A stretch of DNA of 64,000 bases. Source: the human T2T-CHM13v2.0 reference genome, Homo sapiens. Below the pieces are notes generated by a model that was not told the origin of the DNA, did no database searches, and saw only the letters and a list, made by a program, of their open reading frames with translations. The first letter of the stretch is position 1; the number at the start of each line of letters is the position of its first letter. Location: NCBI RefSeq assembly GCF_009914755.1, contig NC_060930.1. The stretch is one strand, 5' to 3'. Shown here in pieces: positions 1 to 14,606 of the stretch. The translations under genes and the position numbers were made by a program.

Positions 1-975
1 TTTTTTCATGGGTGTATGTCTTCATTTATCTTGGGTAAAAACTAAGGAGTTTAATTGCACATCACAGGCTAGATATATATTTGATCTTATTTTTAAAATT
101 GCCAAATGATTTTCTGAAGTGATAGTATCATTTTACACTTCCACCAGCAATTTATTAGAGTTTCAGTTACTATATGTACTCACCAACATTTAACTTCCCA
201 TTTTCAAGTTGCAGCAATCTCGTAAGTATGTAGTAATCTTTCACTGAAGTTTTAAGTTGCATTTCCCCAATGTCTAATGTTATTGAGCACCTTTTTCATG
301 TGTTTATTGGTCATTTACATTATCTTCTTTTGTGAAATATCCACTAGTATTTGGGAAGTATCTTCTTTTGCAAAGTATCTCCTTGTTTATTTTAATTGGG
401 TTATTTGGTTTTTCAATATTGAATTGTTGGCATTGTTTGTTTATTCTGATTACAAGTATTTTGTCAGCTATTTGGGTTGCAAACCTTTGATCCCAGTCTG
501 TGGTGCACCTTTTCATTTCTTTAGTGGTGTGTTTTTATGAGAATAAATTTTGATAATGTCTAATTTACCAATTTTATGTTTTATGGTTAGTGCTTTTGTG
601 ACTTAGCTAAGACATTTTTGCCTCTCCCAAAATTGCAAAGATATTATCCTTGTTTTCTTTTAGAAGCTTTATAATTTTTGCTTTTATGTTTAGGTCTATG
701 ATCAATTTTGAATTACTTTTTTGGTTTATGGTGTGAGGTAGGGGCTAGGGTACATTTATTTTCTCACATGGATGTCTAGTTTTTCTAGGATTGTTTGTTG
801 AAAGGGTTTTCTTTTCCCTTTCAAATGCTTTGTGCCTTTGTTAAAAATTAACTGACTGTATATATCTGCATCTATTTCTGGTCTCTATTTCATTCCACCA
901 ATCTATTTGCCTAAACTTATATCTAAGTCAATAACACACTATCTTGATCAACTATAGCTTTACAATACATCTTGG
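1..975 (-). mobile_element. Old L1M (L1MB/MC-type) ORF2 3' fragment
   Basis: T-rich antisense L1 ORF2 motifs, e.g. ttttacacttccaccagcaa, gcacctttttcatgtgtttattgg, tttatggtgtgaggtagg; heavily decayed. Confidence 0.8.
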
Positions 976-1019
976 TGTAACCTGCTTTTGGCACAAAACA
1001 AGATGTTATGAGTATCTTC

Positions 1020-1520
1020 CCAGGCCAAAATTTCTGTGACATCTGCCGTTTTTATGAATGCATAGTACTCTATCATATGCATGAATTATAATTTAATGAA
1101 CAAATTTCTAATTGTTGGTTTTTTAGCCTTTGTATTTTTAAATATCACTGAAAAATTCTGCAGTGAACATCTTTGGCATTGCCCTTAGTTATATTCTATG
1201 AATAAATTCTTAGAAGTGAAATTGCTAAATTAAAGTGTGTGCTGGTTGTTAAAGATTTGGTATATATTGCCAAACTGTACAAAGATTGTGTCAGCTTACC
1301 CTGCCACCAGCTGAGAATGAGAGAGCCAATGCTGTGTATTATCATTTAAAATTAAAGCCGCTGTGTGATTTTAAATGATAGATGAAACTAGTATATCATT
1401 GCTGATTCAATGTGCATTTATAATTACCCGTAAAAAAAAGAATATTTTACGTGTATTGACCACACAAATACAAATTTTCTGTCTTTTAAGTTGCCTGTTT
1501 ACATCATTTGGTCATTTTCC
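1020..1520 (-). mobile_element. L1ME-type fragment
   Basis: gtgaacatctttg...ataaattcttagaagtgaaattgct...tgccaaactg...ccaccagc matches antisense old-L1 ORF2 end. Confidence 0.55.
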
Positions 1521-2614
1521 AATTGCCTTTACTTCCTTTGTAATGGACTAAGGCCAAAGCTAATTGTAGTCTCAATGTAGAAGTTCTTTCAGGCCCAATT
1601 CAGAATAATTAAATATATAATTTTTTTTCTAGAAATAGTATAAGTGAAATAAAAATGCAAAAAATGCTATTGAATATTTCTATTAAAACAAATTTACTCA
1701 CTATAATTATAATATCACATAGTTGCAATGATTAGCTCATTTTCTTTATCTTCTACATAAAACTCAGGCTCTGCTACTTTAGGGCTTTGGCACCACACTC
1801 CATCTGTCCAGATGGCTTCTAACTTCCTAATTTGTCCTTGCCTTGGCCTGAAAACTTGTCATTTCTGTACTCTTGACCTGTTCCTTCTCGATGTGTTTCT
1901 TTGCCACTCCCTAGCTGTTTCTTTCAAATTCCCCCTAAAAATTATTTTCACCTATCAAAGTCTTTGACCAATCTAGCCTATTGCCAACCTTTTCTTATTG
2001 AAAAATAGAATGGGGGCAAAGACACTACAAAAAAGACTCAAAAATGTTAAAAGGGAAAATTTTGTATCACTTACTGAACTGTTGTGCCTGCTTCCCTTCA
2101 TCAGCTGAGTGTCATTGTTTAGAACAGGAAATTTCCCTCTGATCTTTGTACCAGGAATAGTTATGCTTTTGAGCAGCTGGTTTGTTTTTACTTATGGATC
2201 TCATGAATCATTTAACTGATCCTGTTCTCCTATCTGAGTTAGAAATCTCAGAGTCAGATTTTCAGTCCATCTGTAGCAAGTGGATTGCTTCTCAGGACAT
2301 ACTTTCTGTGCATTAATCCCACTCTTATTTTTCATCATGGCTTTTTCTACTTATTTTTTCTGTGCGTCTCTTATTTTTCTTACTACTTATTGTCCACTCA
2401 CCTTGACTTTTTTTAACTTACAAAAGTAAAGTCTTATAGTACATATTTTGAAAACTGACATAAAACCCTTTATTTCAGAATAAGATGGGTTAACTCTAAA
2501 TACATAGACGATCTATTTCTAATAAAGAGAGAATTTGCTTTAGCCTAATGTCATAATTTATGTCTTGCCTATCAAGAACTAAAGACTCCTGAGATTAATA
2601 CCTCTTGGACACTA

Positions 2615-2700
2615 ATCTTATCCCCATTTGGAAATAGAAAGGAAGATTTTCAAAAAGTTAAGTGAATTGTCCAAGATCATAGACTAAGTTAGTGCCACGG
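2615..2700 (-). mobile_element. MIR fragment
   Basis: tatccccatttg...gttaagtgaattgtccaagatcatagactaagttagtg is the MIR core. Confidence 0.6.
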
Positions 2701-3939
2701 GTCCCTAAGGGACTTTTGCTTCCTCAACCAGCACATTGTTTATGAGCCCAGCATTCCACTTGCACTTGGGTCATGACTGCTTGGGCTAGTTAATTACTTT
2801 GAAAACGTATTCAAAAAACATGATCCTATGACAGCCACCTTGGGTTTTAGATCTATGGAAAGTTGGTGTAAGGTCATTGCAAAGTTAATTGTTTTGTTTT
2901 GGTTTGGTTTTAGAAGGAGCTATGGTGCAGCAAAAATCATTGCTTCTTGACTTTTCCAAAAATCTATAACTCCAAATTTTAAAAAATTACTGCAATTTTC
3001 TCCATCCTCACTGCTCAGAAAAAAGTACAAAGTAGCGATATCACAAAAGAAAATGCTGTCATATTAATGAAAGCATTAACTTGTTAAATGTTAAAACATA
3101 CAGAGATGCTAATGAAATTCAAAGTTAGGTCAAAATTCATTTGAGTTAGACTTGTCAGAGGAAATTAAATGCATAGTTGAGTTAGGATTTTAGAGGAGAG
3201 TAAGACTTGAATTATTTAATCCACGTTGGAAAGTCTTCCAGGAAACAGTGAGGGTACAGAGATAGGAATGAGGAGGTCATATTGGAGATGAAAAAGTACA
3301 TTTGGTTAAAGTGAGGAGACCATTTTAGGGTTTGGGGTTGAAACTGTATTTCCCACCTTCATAGAGCACAATGAAAGCCAAGGGAAATTTTTTATTTTGT
3401 CCTCAGGGTGACTGGAGATCACCATAGGTTCCTGAATAGGACAATAATGGGGTGACCTTTTGTTTGAGTCTGCAGCTGAGAGCAGAACAGGAGGTGGCAT
3501 TTGGAGGGATTATGTTAGTTAGGATTGCCTCCCAGGGACCTTGTGACTGGAAAAGAAATGTTCAATTTAAGACTTATTGTCCGGAAGGAATAGCGAGAAC
3601 TTAATGCTTTATTACATAAGAGGAAAGTGGAAGAAGGATAATTGTAAGGCCTCATATGTTGGCAATGAGACAGTTTTGAGATGTTAAGAAAGCATTTGGA
3701 GACATGAACTTGGAGACCTGATAAGAAGTCAAAACTAGAAGGGATCGTGTGGCATTTTAAATCATTCAGTTCAGTAACTCAATTACTGAGTTTCCACTTA
3801 ATATATAATACTATACCTGGCACCATAGAAAGGAAGGAAGAAAGGAAATACACAGTAAGGCAAGACTTAAGTACAAAGGGGTGTAGAATAAGAGTGAGGA
3901 CCATAAACCTAAATCAGGAGCCAGCTGAGGTATAACAAG

Positions 3940-3943
<4 letters not shown>

Positions 3944-3983
<40 letters not shown>

Positions 3984-4276
3984 TATTTATTTTTGGAGAC
4001 AAAGTCTCCCTCTATTGCTCAGGCTGGAGTGCAGTGGCAAGCTCTTGGCTCACTGCAACCTCCACCACCTGAGTTCTAGCAATCCTCTTGCCTCAGCCAC
4101 CTGAGTAACTGGGATTACAGGCATGTGCCACCACACCTGGCCAATTTTTGTATTTTTAGTAGAGATGGGGTTTCACCATGTTGACCAGGCTGGTCTCAAA
4201 CTCATAACCTCAAGGGATCTGCCCCCTCGGCCTCCCAAAGTGCTGAGATTACAACCATAAACCACTGTGCCTGGCC
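3944..4276 (-). mobile_element. Alu (S-type) with (CTTT)n tail-derived microsatellite
   Basis: Full dimeric Alu; perfect 13-bp TSD tataacaagtctt at 3931-3943 and 4277-4289; TT/AAGA endonuclease-type site. Confidence 0.97.
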
Positions 4277-4823
4277 TATAACAAGTCTTAAGAAGAGAAA
4301 AAAAACTTTGCCTAGCAAAGAAAATAATCAACAAGGTGAAAAGGCAATCGATAAAACAGAGGAAGAGATTTGCAAAACCATATATCTGATAAGGGGTTAA
4401 TAGCCAGAATATATAAAGAACTCCTATGACTCAAAAACAACAACAAAAAAACATATTTTTAAAATGGGCAAATGGCTCAAATAGATATTTCTCCAAAAAA
4501 AAAGATACACAAGTGGCCAAAGAACATATGAAAAGTTACCTAAGATCACTTATCATCAGGGAAATGCAAATCAAAACCACAGTGAGATATCTCATATCCA
4601 TTAGGATAGCCACTATCAAAAAAATACACCAGAAAATAACAAGTATTGGTGAAGATGTGGAGAGAAATTGGAAGTCTTGCACACTGTTTGTGGGAATGTA
4701 AAATGGTGCAGCTGCTATGCAAAATAGTATGGAGTGTTCTCAAAAAATTAAAAATAGAATTACTATGTGATCCATCAATCCCACTTCTGGGTATAAAGCC
4801 AAAAGAATTAAAACCAGGATCTT

Positions 4824-5965
<1,142 letters not shown>

Positions 5966-6247
5966 TTAAAGAGATATTTATATTATTCACAACATCGAAC
6001 AGGTGGATGCCACCTAATGTCCATCAACAGATGAATGGATGAAGAAAACATAGTACATATACACACAATGGAATATTGTTCAGACTTTAAAAAGGAGGAA
6101 ATCCTGTCATATGTGGCAACATGGATGAACCTTGAAGATATTATGCAAACTGAAATAAATCAGTCACAAAAACACAAATACTGCATGATTCTACTCTGTG
6201 CATAGAGTTAACGCCGCTGAACCATATGCTTTAAAATTATTAAGATG

Positions 6248-6590
6248 TTCTACTTTCTGTCTCTATGAATTTATCTATTCTAGGTTCCTCATGTAAGTAG
6301 GTTCATACAGATGTGTCCTTTTGCAGACAGTGGCTGTTTAAGTCAGAAGGCAAGGAGGAAGAGAAACAGCCACAGAAGTTGGCAAGGCCTGGCAGGATGG
6401 AGAATCCGGAGTTATTGCTTAATGGACACAGAGTTTCTGTCTGGATGATGAAAAAGTTCTGGAGAGAGATTGTAGTTATAGTTGCACAATGCTGTAAATG
6501 TACTTAATGCCAATGAATTATACACTGAAAAATGGTTATGATAATACATTTTGTTATATTTTACCACAAATAAAAATAATAATAAAAAAA
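6248..6590 (+). mobile_element. Short 5'-inverted L1MB-type 3' UTR insertion
   Basis: Antisense piece 6248-6323, then sense piece ~6378-6590 with A-rich tail; 16-bp direct repeat taaaattattaagatg at 6232-6247 and 6591-6606. Confidence 0.8.
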
Positions 6591-6919
6591 TAAAATTATT
6601 AAGATGGTCAGTATTATATGTTTTTTCACCACAGTTTTAAAAATAGGATACATTTCCAAAGATGTGAGCACTGAAAAAGAAATTTCTAGGGTCCAGAACT
6701 GAGACTTGGAAGAGGCCATAATTTGAAAGGAACTCTTGGAAAAGACAGAGGAAGAACATGAGAGGTTGAATAAAGAGTATGATAACCACCATAGCTGAGA
6801 GAAAGGACGTGCTACAAGGACAACCAAATGAAACAGAGTGATAAATCAGACATCAAGGAAACAGAAGAATCATTACAGACCTTAGATGGGACAGTTTCAA
6901 CATCCATTAACTGCTCCAA

Positions 6920-7320
6920 TACACAGGAATTTACTGAGCTCCAACTATGTGCCATGCACTGTTCCAACAGGGAACAAATGGGGCAAAGTCTCTCTTTTTC
7001 ATTGTGTTTGCAGACAACCAGTAAATACATGCCGACCAGTAAAGAAAAATAAACAATCCAAGAAGGCTGATGGGGGACACTGTTTTGCTATTTTGGTTTT
7101 CAAAAATAGGGTGACCAAGGGGATATGTGAGCAGAGACCTAAAGGAAGTCATGTGACTCAATAGGGGAAAAGCATTGGGGTAGAGGAAAGAGCAAATGCA
7201 AATGCCTGAAACATGGGGCACGCTTAGCCAGGAGACCAGCATGGTTAAAGCACAGTTCACAAAGGAAGAGAAATAAGAGATGAGCTCTGAGCAGTGGTCA
7301 GTTGGCTGTGGCACCAGTGA
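6920..7320 (-). mobile_element. L2 3' fragment
   Basis: atttactgagctccaactatgtgccatgcactgtt... followed by purine-rich antisense L2 body. Confidence 0.7.
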
Positions 7321-7949
7321 CCAAGAGGGAGGGGTATGAAGTTCACAATAATTCCAACAGTTGCTAGGGAAATAAAAAAGGGATGCAATAAACTGGTGTT
7401 GAATAGCTCATTGGTGTCACCAGAAGTTTTGTTGTTTGTTTTTGAAGAAAAGTGAGATGTAAACATTTTAGAGGGGGGAGAAGAAGAGATTGAGAGAGCT
7501 ATGAAACAGGAGGGAATTATTATAGAAGAAAAATCCTTTCAAAGGGAAAAAAAGGAAATCCAAAACAGAGTTAAAGATATTTGATTAAGGAAAAGGAAGA
7601 AATGCCTTCATCCAGAGGTCCTGGATAAAGATTCAAGAATAAGCCTGCAGCCAACCGTGGCTGCTTTCAGCATCACTTCTATACAGCATAAAGTCAGACA
7701 GTATAAATTTAACTCAAATAGAAGACAGATGGTCCTAGGAGTCTGTAGGCATAGATAGATATTTGAGGTGATTCATTACAGCCAAGTAAAGGAAGCTTCT
7801 GGTTGTTGACTTAATAAATTACTACAGGATCTTTACAAAAACTGAGGCTTGGCTAGATATGGATCTAATATTTTTGGTCATCACAACAAGAAAAGGGGAA
7901 ATAGTTTGATCTTCATTTTCCTTAAGGCTTATAAAAAGATTAAAATCGT

Positions 7950-8062
7950 CTTAAAAGGAATCTAAAACAAATACTTCACAATAATTTAGAAAGTTTATAT
8001 ACACACTAGAATACATTAGCAGCATGATTTTATGGGGAGAATCATGCCAGATAAAACTAAAA
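7950..8062 (+). mobile_element. L3/CR1 reverse-transcriptase remnant
   Basis: cta aaa caa ata ctt (LKQIL) ... cag cat gat ttt atg .. gga gaa tca tgc cag resembles the CR1 motif QHGF.KGKSCQTNL with a frameshift. Confidence 0.5.
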
Positions 8063-8429
8063 AGCTCCAAACACCACAATCTGACTAAATGTTTGAGAGA
8101 TTTAAATAATATTAGACCATACTATTCCACATCAGGAATGTTAGCTTAAACAGTCTTTGCTTGATGGTCCCTCTGTCTTAAAAAGGTTTGCAGTAAACAA
8201 GGTACTTTGGGTTTGTGACAAGCAGGCAACACAATGTCTTGAAATTTAATGTGTGTGTTTGGTATAATTGACTAGAGCTCAGGCCCAGTACTGAAAACCA
8301 TTAGAAAAAGCACAAAGAAGATAAAAGACAAACTGACAGCAAAGTGCCTTTCTGTAAACCGTAAGGCAATGCCTACCAAGTACCAAAATGTCTTTTGTGC
8401 AGGCCGATAGCAGTCTTTACCATCACTAA

Positions 8430-9660
8430 CTTTTTTTTAAGTTGTGAAATACAGTATTCCTACAAAAACATGTACCAAACATACATGCATAGTTTAATGA
8501 ATGATAATCATCCTCCTCCCTTCACGTCCCCCTCAGGGGTAACCACCATCCTGAATTTTATATAGCTCATTCCCTTGCCCTTCTTTATAGTGTTTTCAGC
8601 TATGTATGTATCCTCAGATAGCATATTGTTTAACACCAGCAATGGATTTGGGATCCTGTTAGACTTACATCTTACCATTAGTATTGACCAACACTGAGAT
8701 TTTCACCATCTAGCTGGTATGAAATTACACTTCATTATGGTTTTAATTTACATTTCCTAATTACGAGTTTGAGCATTTTTTCATGGTTTATGGGACAGTT
8801 GGAATGGTTCATCAGATAGTAGCTTTTCCCATCTTTGTTTTGGCTTCTTTTATTTTTTTTTTTCATTTTGATTTCTAGGTGTTCTTTATATAATCCTTTG
8901 AGTTATACATCTTACAGATTTCCCCTAGTTTGGGGGCTGCTTTTTCAATAAACAGCCATTCTTACTATTCATATAGCCAAGATTTACCAATCTTCCCCCT
9001 ATGGTTTTAGCCTTTTCTATTTGGTTGGGCTTGCTCTTGTCCTAGCAATAATTCAGTTTTTATAAATCATGTGTGCGACACATTAGTATGTAGAATGTGT
9101 ATTTTCAAACCATTAAATGTATTGTTCTTTAAAGGTCCATTAGATCAAGCTTAATTGTTCAGTTAAAATCTTCTTTAGCTTACTAATTTGTCTGCCTGAT
9201 CTATTAGTATTTTAGAGGGTACTATAGTAGTAAATTTATCCATTTTCTTTATAGTTCTGTCAACTTTTGATTTATATATTTTGACAATATGTTATTTTGT
9301 GCATACAGTTTAGATTTGCTATATCTTTAAGATGAATTAAAAATTTTTAATGTTCTATTGTGGCTGTCTTTATTATTGCCCTGTAGCCATTTTATCTAAT
9401 ATTAATATAGCTGCCTCAGATTTCATTTGATTTTTTGTCTGATATATCTTTTTTCTATTATTCGATTTTAGATATTTAGATATCCTTGTAATGTATGTGG
9501 TCTATTTAAAGTAGTATATGGCTGGGTTTGGGGGGTTTGGATGGAGGTTTTATTAATTTATTTTTATTATTATTTGTTTTTTTTAATCCAGCCTGTTCAT
9601 CTTTATATTTTACCTGCAGAGATTAGTCCATTTATATTAATTGTGATTAACAATATAAAG
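8430..9660 (-). mobile_element. Old L1ME/L1M fragments
   Basis: Antisense L1 3' end at 8430 (ttttttaagttgtgaaatacag...), followed by T-rich ORF2 remnants. Confidence 0.65.
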
Positions 9661-9834
9661 CCATCCCCTGCTTAATGTCAATAATCTACTCCTAAAACAT
9701 CAGATATTTTGCCTAAAAACACTAACTAGGAGTCTGTTTTCTGTTATTCTATATAAGAAAATGTATAACATGTAATGCATTATATGTTAACCCTATCTCT
9801 CAACTAGTTTTCTTAAGTAAAAACATTGTTTTCT

Positions 9835-10682
9835 AAAACAAATAATTCCATCAAAAAGTGAACAAGTTACATGAATAGATATTTCTCAAAAGAAGATATA
9901 CAAATGGCCAAAACTAACCTATGAAAAAATGCTCAACATCACTAATCAGGGAAATCCAAGTCAAAACCACAATGAGATGCCACCTTACCCCTGCAATAAT
10001 GGCCATAATTATTAATAAAGCCTAAAAACAATAGATGTTAGTGTAGATGTGGTGAAAAAGGAATGCTTATACATTGCTGGTGGGAATGTAAATTAGTAGA
10101 ACCTCTATAGAAAACAGTATGGAGATTTCTTAAAGAACTAAAAATAGATCTACCATTCGATCCAGCAACACCACTACTGGATATCTACCCAAAGGGAAAG
10201 AAGTCTTTATATCAGCACGTGCATGTTTATCACAGCACAATTCACAATTGCAAAGATATGGAACCAACCTAAATGCCCATCAACCAATGAGTGGATAATG
10301 AAAATGTGAGCTATATATGTATATATACACACACACACACCATAGAATAGTACTCAGCCATAAAAAACTTGGATAGACCTGAAGGCCATTATTCTAAGTG
10401 AAATAACTCAGGAATGGAAAACCAAATTCTGCAAGTTCTCACTAATAAGTGGAGGCTAAGCTATAGGTACATAAAGGCATGCAGACATAATGGACTTTGG
10501 AGACTCAGAAAGGGAAGATGGGATGGGGTGAGGGATATAAATCTGCATATTGGGTACAACATACACTACTCAGGCGATGGGTGCACTAAAATCTCAGAAT
10601 TCACCACTATATAATCAATCTATGTAACCAAAAACCACTTGCAACTCCACAGCTATTGAAATAAAAAATGTTATTTGAATAC
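9835..10682 (+). mobile_element. 5'-truncated L1PB (L1PB3/4-like)
   Basis: ORF2 end plus 3' UTR ending gtaaccaaaaaccacttg...ctattgaaataaaaaa; decayed TSD aacattgttttct (9822-9834) / aacattgttctct (10683-10695). Confidence 0.9.
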
Positions 10683-12489
10683 AACATTGTTCTCTGATTA
10701 CCAAACATGTAAAACTGCATGCATACTGTGAACATTATGTTTACAATATGGCAAAGCAAATAACAACAGCAATAAATAAATTTTGTCAGAAAAAGTACAG
10801 TGAAATTTTTTAATAAAAACAAGACAATTACCTGTAATAAACTGTCACTCACTGAGTGAGGAGAAAACTTGATACTTGAAAAAACTGAGAGAGAAGGAGA
10901 GCTGACAGTAATTGTCACTGGTTGTGGAAAGTGCTCATGTGGATGAGTGGGATGATAAAGAGTAATTTCAAACAAACCATCCAACTCAGAAACTAATGGA
11001 AACTCTCCATCATTTGTCACTGCTGAAAATGCACCTGAACAAAAGGGCCATGAAAAATTGTCAAAGGAGGTGACCAACATTTAAGGGAAAAAAATTTGTA
11101 AAATGTAGCTTTGTTTAAAATCCCATTATTTGCATTTGTTTTCTTCTTTCTTCACACTTTTCTTCAATACTTTTTAAAATTGTGTGTGTGTGTGTGCCTG
11201 TGTACATGTGACTCATTCATCACTAGTCAAAAATAGAGGCTAAATACAAAGGCACTTCGAAAATGCATTCAGGACAAGTATTACAGTGGCAAAGGCCAGT
11301 TCCCAAGGAGTGTGAGCTGTGTTGTCTCGCTTAGGGCCAGCATCTCCTTTTTGCTGGAACTCTGAATGCTTTTCAGAAAATCTTCATGAGATTCTGATGA
11401 CTTATCCATTGTATTTGGAATGTAACCTGATACCTTTCCAGCACATCATTTTGTTAAAAATGCTATGAGTATTTGGAATGTAATTAGACACCACTTCTAC
11501 ATAACCATTGGCTGATAAAAATTTATATTCAGAGATATGTTCCATGATATTTGGTTATTGAAAAGAAGTATTCTACTGGAAACATACTAGTTGAAGAAAA
11601 CTCTGAAACATATGCTTGTATTTTAATTTGCTTTCACAATCTGATTATTCTTTTCCCAATTGTATTTACATTCTCTGTTCTCCTCCCTACCTCTTTCTTG
11701 CCTTCAAGTCCAAATGTGGGCTGGTTTATGATTATTAATTATCAGAGAAGATATTAGACATTGTACTTTCACATTTTCAAAACCAAATTCAAGTCAGGTA
11801 AATCACCTGGCTGTCCCCTTCCATGGGATGGCCTTCATTTCACATTTTCCATTGCACTAAGTGTGCACAAAGTCCTGGCTGATTTGGAGGTCGCCTCTTG
11901 AGACTCTCCTGGCTTTAGCTGGCATTGGCTCTCCTTCCCTGTGTCTGTGCTGCTGCCAAAGCTGAAGCACGAGGTCTCAGTACAAAAGCCAGCCTCAGTG
12001 CTCCTGCCACCCAAGGTTCTGCTTTGACTTTAGCTCCCACCTCTGAGAAGTTCTTACTTTTGTACCAGTTCAACAATGAATTCTGAAAGATTTTTTTAAA
12101 AATTATTTCACTTGTTCCCATCAAAAAGACCGAGGAGGGCATCTGATCTGCCCGCACCACCCCCTTTATGATGTCTTTATTATTACCCATACCCAGAGAG
12201 TTGAAAGACTGCCAATTAGTAGCTTCATTTGTGCTAAATAAATCCAAAAATAAACTACAGACCAAAGAGTGCTATAATGTTTTAATGTGGCAAAATGCAA
12301 CTTAAATCATAAGAGTAAAATTCAGGTGAATTGTTTATCCAACTGTCACAGAGGGCTTGTATTAAGCTTAGAGAGGCAGGTTGCTCACCAAATTTAGCAG
12401 GTTTACTGAGTTTGAATAGGGCCATTACTATTTTGGGATATCTGTTTTCAAAAATGTTACACTGTTTTTGTTCAAAATAACATTCTTAT

Positions 12490-12628
12490 GAACACAGGGA
12501 AAAGCCTGGTAAAAAACAGGGATTATCTCTGGGTGATGGGAACTGTGGCTAATTAGCATGTTATTTCTGCTTATCTTTTTCCCTAAAAAGTCTACAATAC
12601 ACGTGTTTTATTTTTGTAAAAAGAAAAT
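12490..12628 (+). mobile_element. L1ME 3' end fragment
   Basis: acagggattatctctgggtgatggg...ttttatttttgtaaaaagaaaa is a typical L1ME4-like terminus. Confidence 0.55.
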
Positions 12629-13129
12629 TGGCAATAGGTTTTCGAAGGCAAAGATATTATATAAAATATAGCATTTGGGGACAGGGAGAGAGTACCTACC
12701 TGGGGGCACCAGAAGATCAGTGCTTTGCTGTAGATACCACTGTGCAGACAGGTGCCTTTGATCAGAAAGAAGCAGAAAAAATTATAAGATGACGTGTGGT
12801 AGTAAATGGCATGGAAATGTTTAAGCATGGCAAACATAGCAAAGAATAATTTCAAAATGTTATAGGTCTAAGCACTCAGGAAGATATATTCCATTAACTC
12901 ATAATAAAATGATGTAACTAGAAGATGTAAAATGAAAACAGTTCTTTTGAAGGCTGACAATGAAAAAACACTTCCTGAAATTGCCTAAGATTAGAAAATA
13001 TATTTAAATTTTAATTAGGATGATTAATCCACTCAATATTCTACACACACAGGAAGGTACAAGGAGAAAAGCTGGCTCCTGCTTGAGGAAGCCCTTGCTG
13101 ATGTCAGCAGAGTAGCTTCCTTACACAAT

Positions 13130-13310
13130 CCATTCATTCAATTAGCAAATACTGTTGTGTACCTACTATATGCCAGGTACCACATTGAGTCCTGGGACCC
13201 ACAGACAATAGTATATCATCTGTGCCCTCAAGAATCTTAAGCTTCTTTTAGGAAGATAGATTTGTACATGCACTACAGTGTAGCATGATAGAAGCATGTA
13301 TATTAAGGAC
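13130..13310 (-). mobile_element. L2 3' end
   Basis: cattcattcaattagcaaatactgttgtgtacctactatatgccagg...tgccctcaagaa. Confidence 0.75.
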
Positions 13311-13749
13311 TAAATCCCTTCATGGCTTCCCCACAGCAGTGTTCTCTCCTATCTCCTGGCCATGTTATTAAGGGTCTGGTTTTTAGTCTTGGTATCTGAC
13401 CTGTGTTCTCCAGTCCAGCCTCATGGGTTCAATTTTACTTGGTATACCTTTGCTGAGAGCAAAAGAAACAATTCCAATCACCTATTGCTTAAACAAGAGG
13501 ACTTAACTAAATTTACATTAGAGGAACTAGAGTTCCAGTTTGTGGTGGAACAGTCACGTCCAGACCCTGACCTCCTTTCTATATTGCACAGTCAGTCATT
13601 GATGGTTAGAATATTTGGCCCCCAAAAGTGGTCAAGAAAGAAAACTCAGATACTGGTACTGGTGTTTTGCAATAGAGGACATACAGATTGATGGCCTCTG
13701 ATCTAGGAACTTTCAGAAACTGCTTTAATTTTATAGTTTCTGCAGAATT

Positions 13750-14606
<857 letters not shown>

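Noticed and set aside
10832-11034. Minus-strand 203-nt open segment with canonical splice sites (cttttgttcag| ... CAG|gtaatt) inside the 157-aa ORF; loose resemblance to VWA5B-like peptides
   Set aside because: The opposite strand carries RTE endonuclease motifs in one frame, and antisense frames of old ORFs are often stop-poor. The protein resemblance was not consistent across neighbouring segments. Non-coding exonisation cannot be excluded.
11915-12265. 116-aa minus-strand ORF with an acceptor-like site
   Set aside because: No recognisable homology, stops in all frames before the next donor-like site, and it lies within the span of the fossil LINE.
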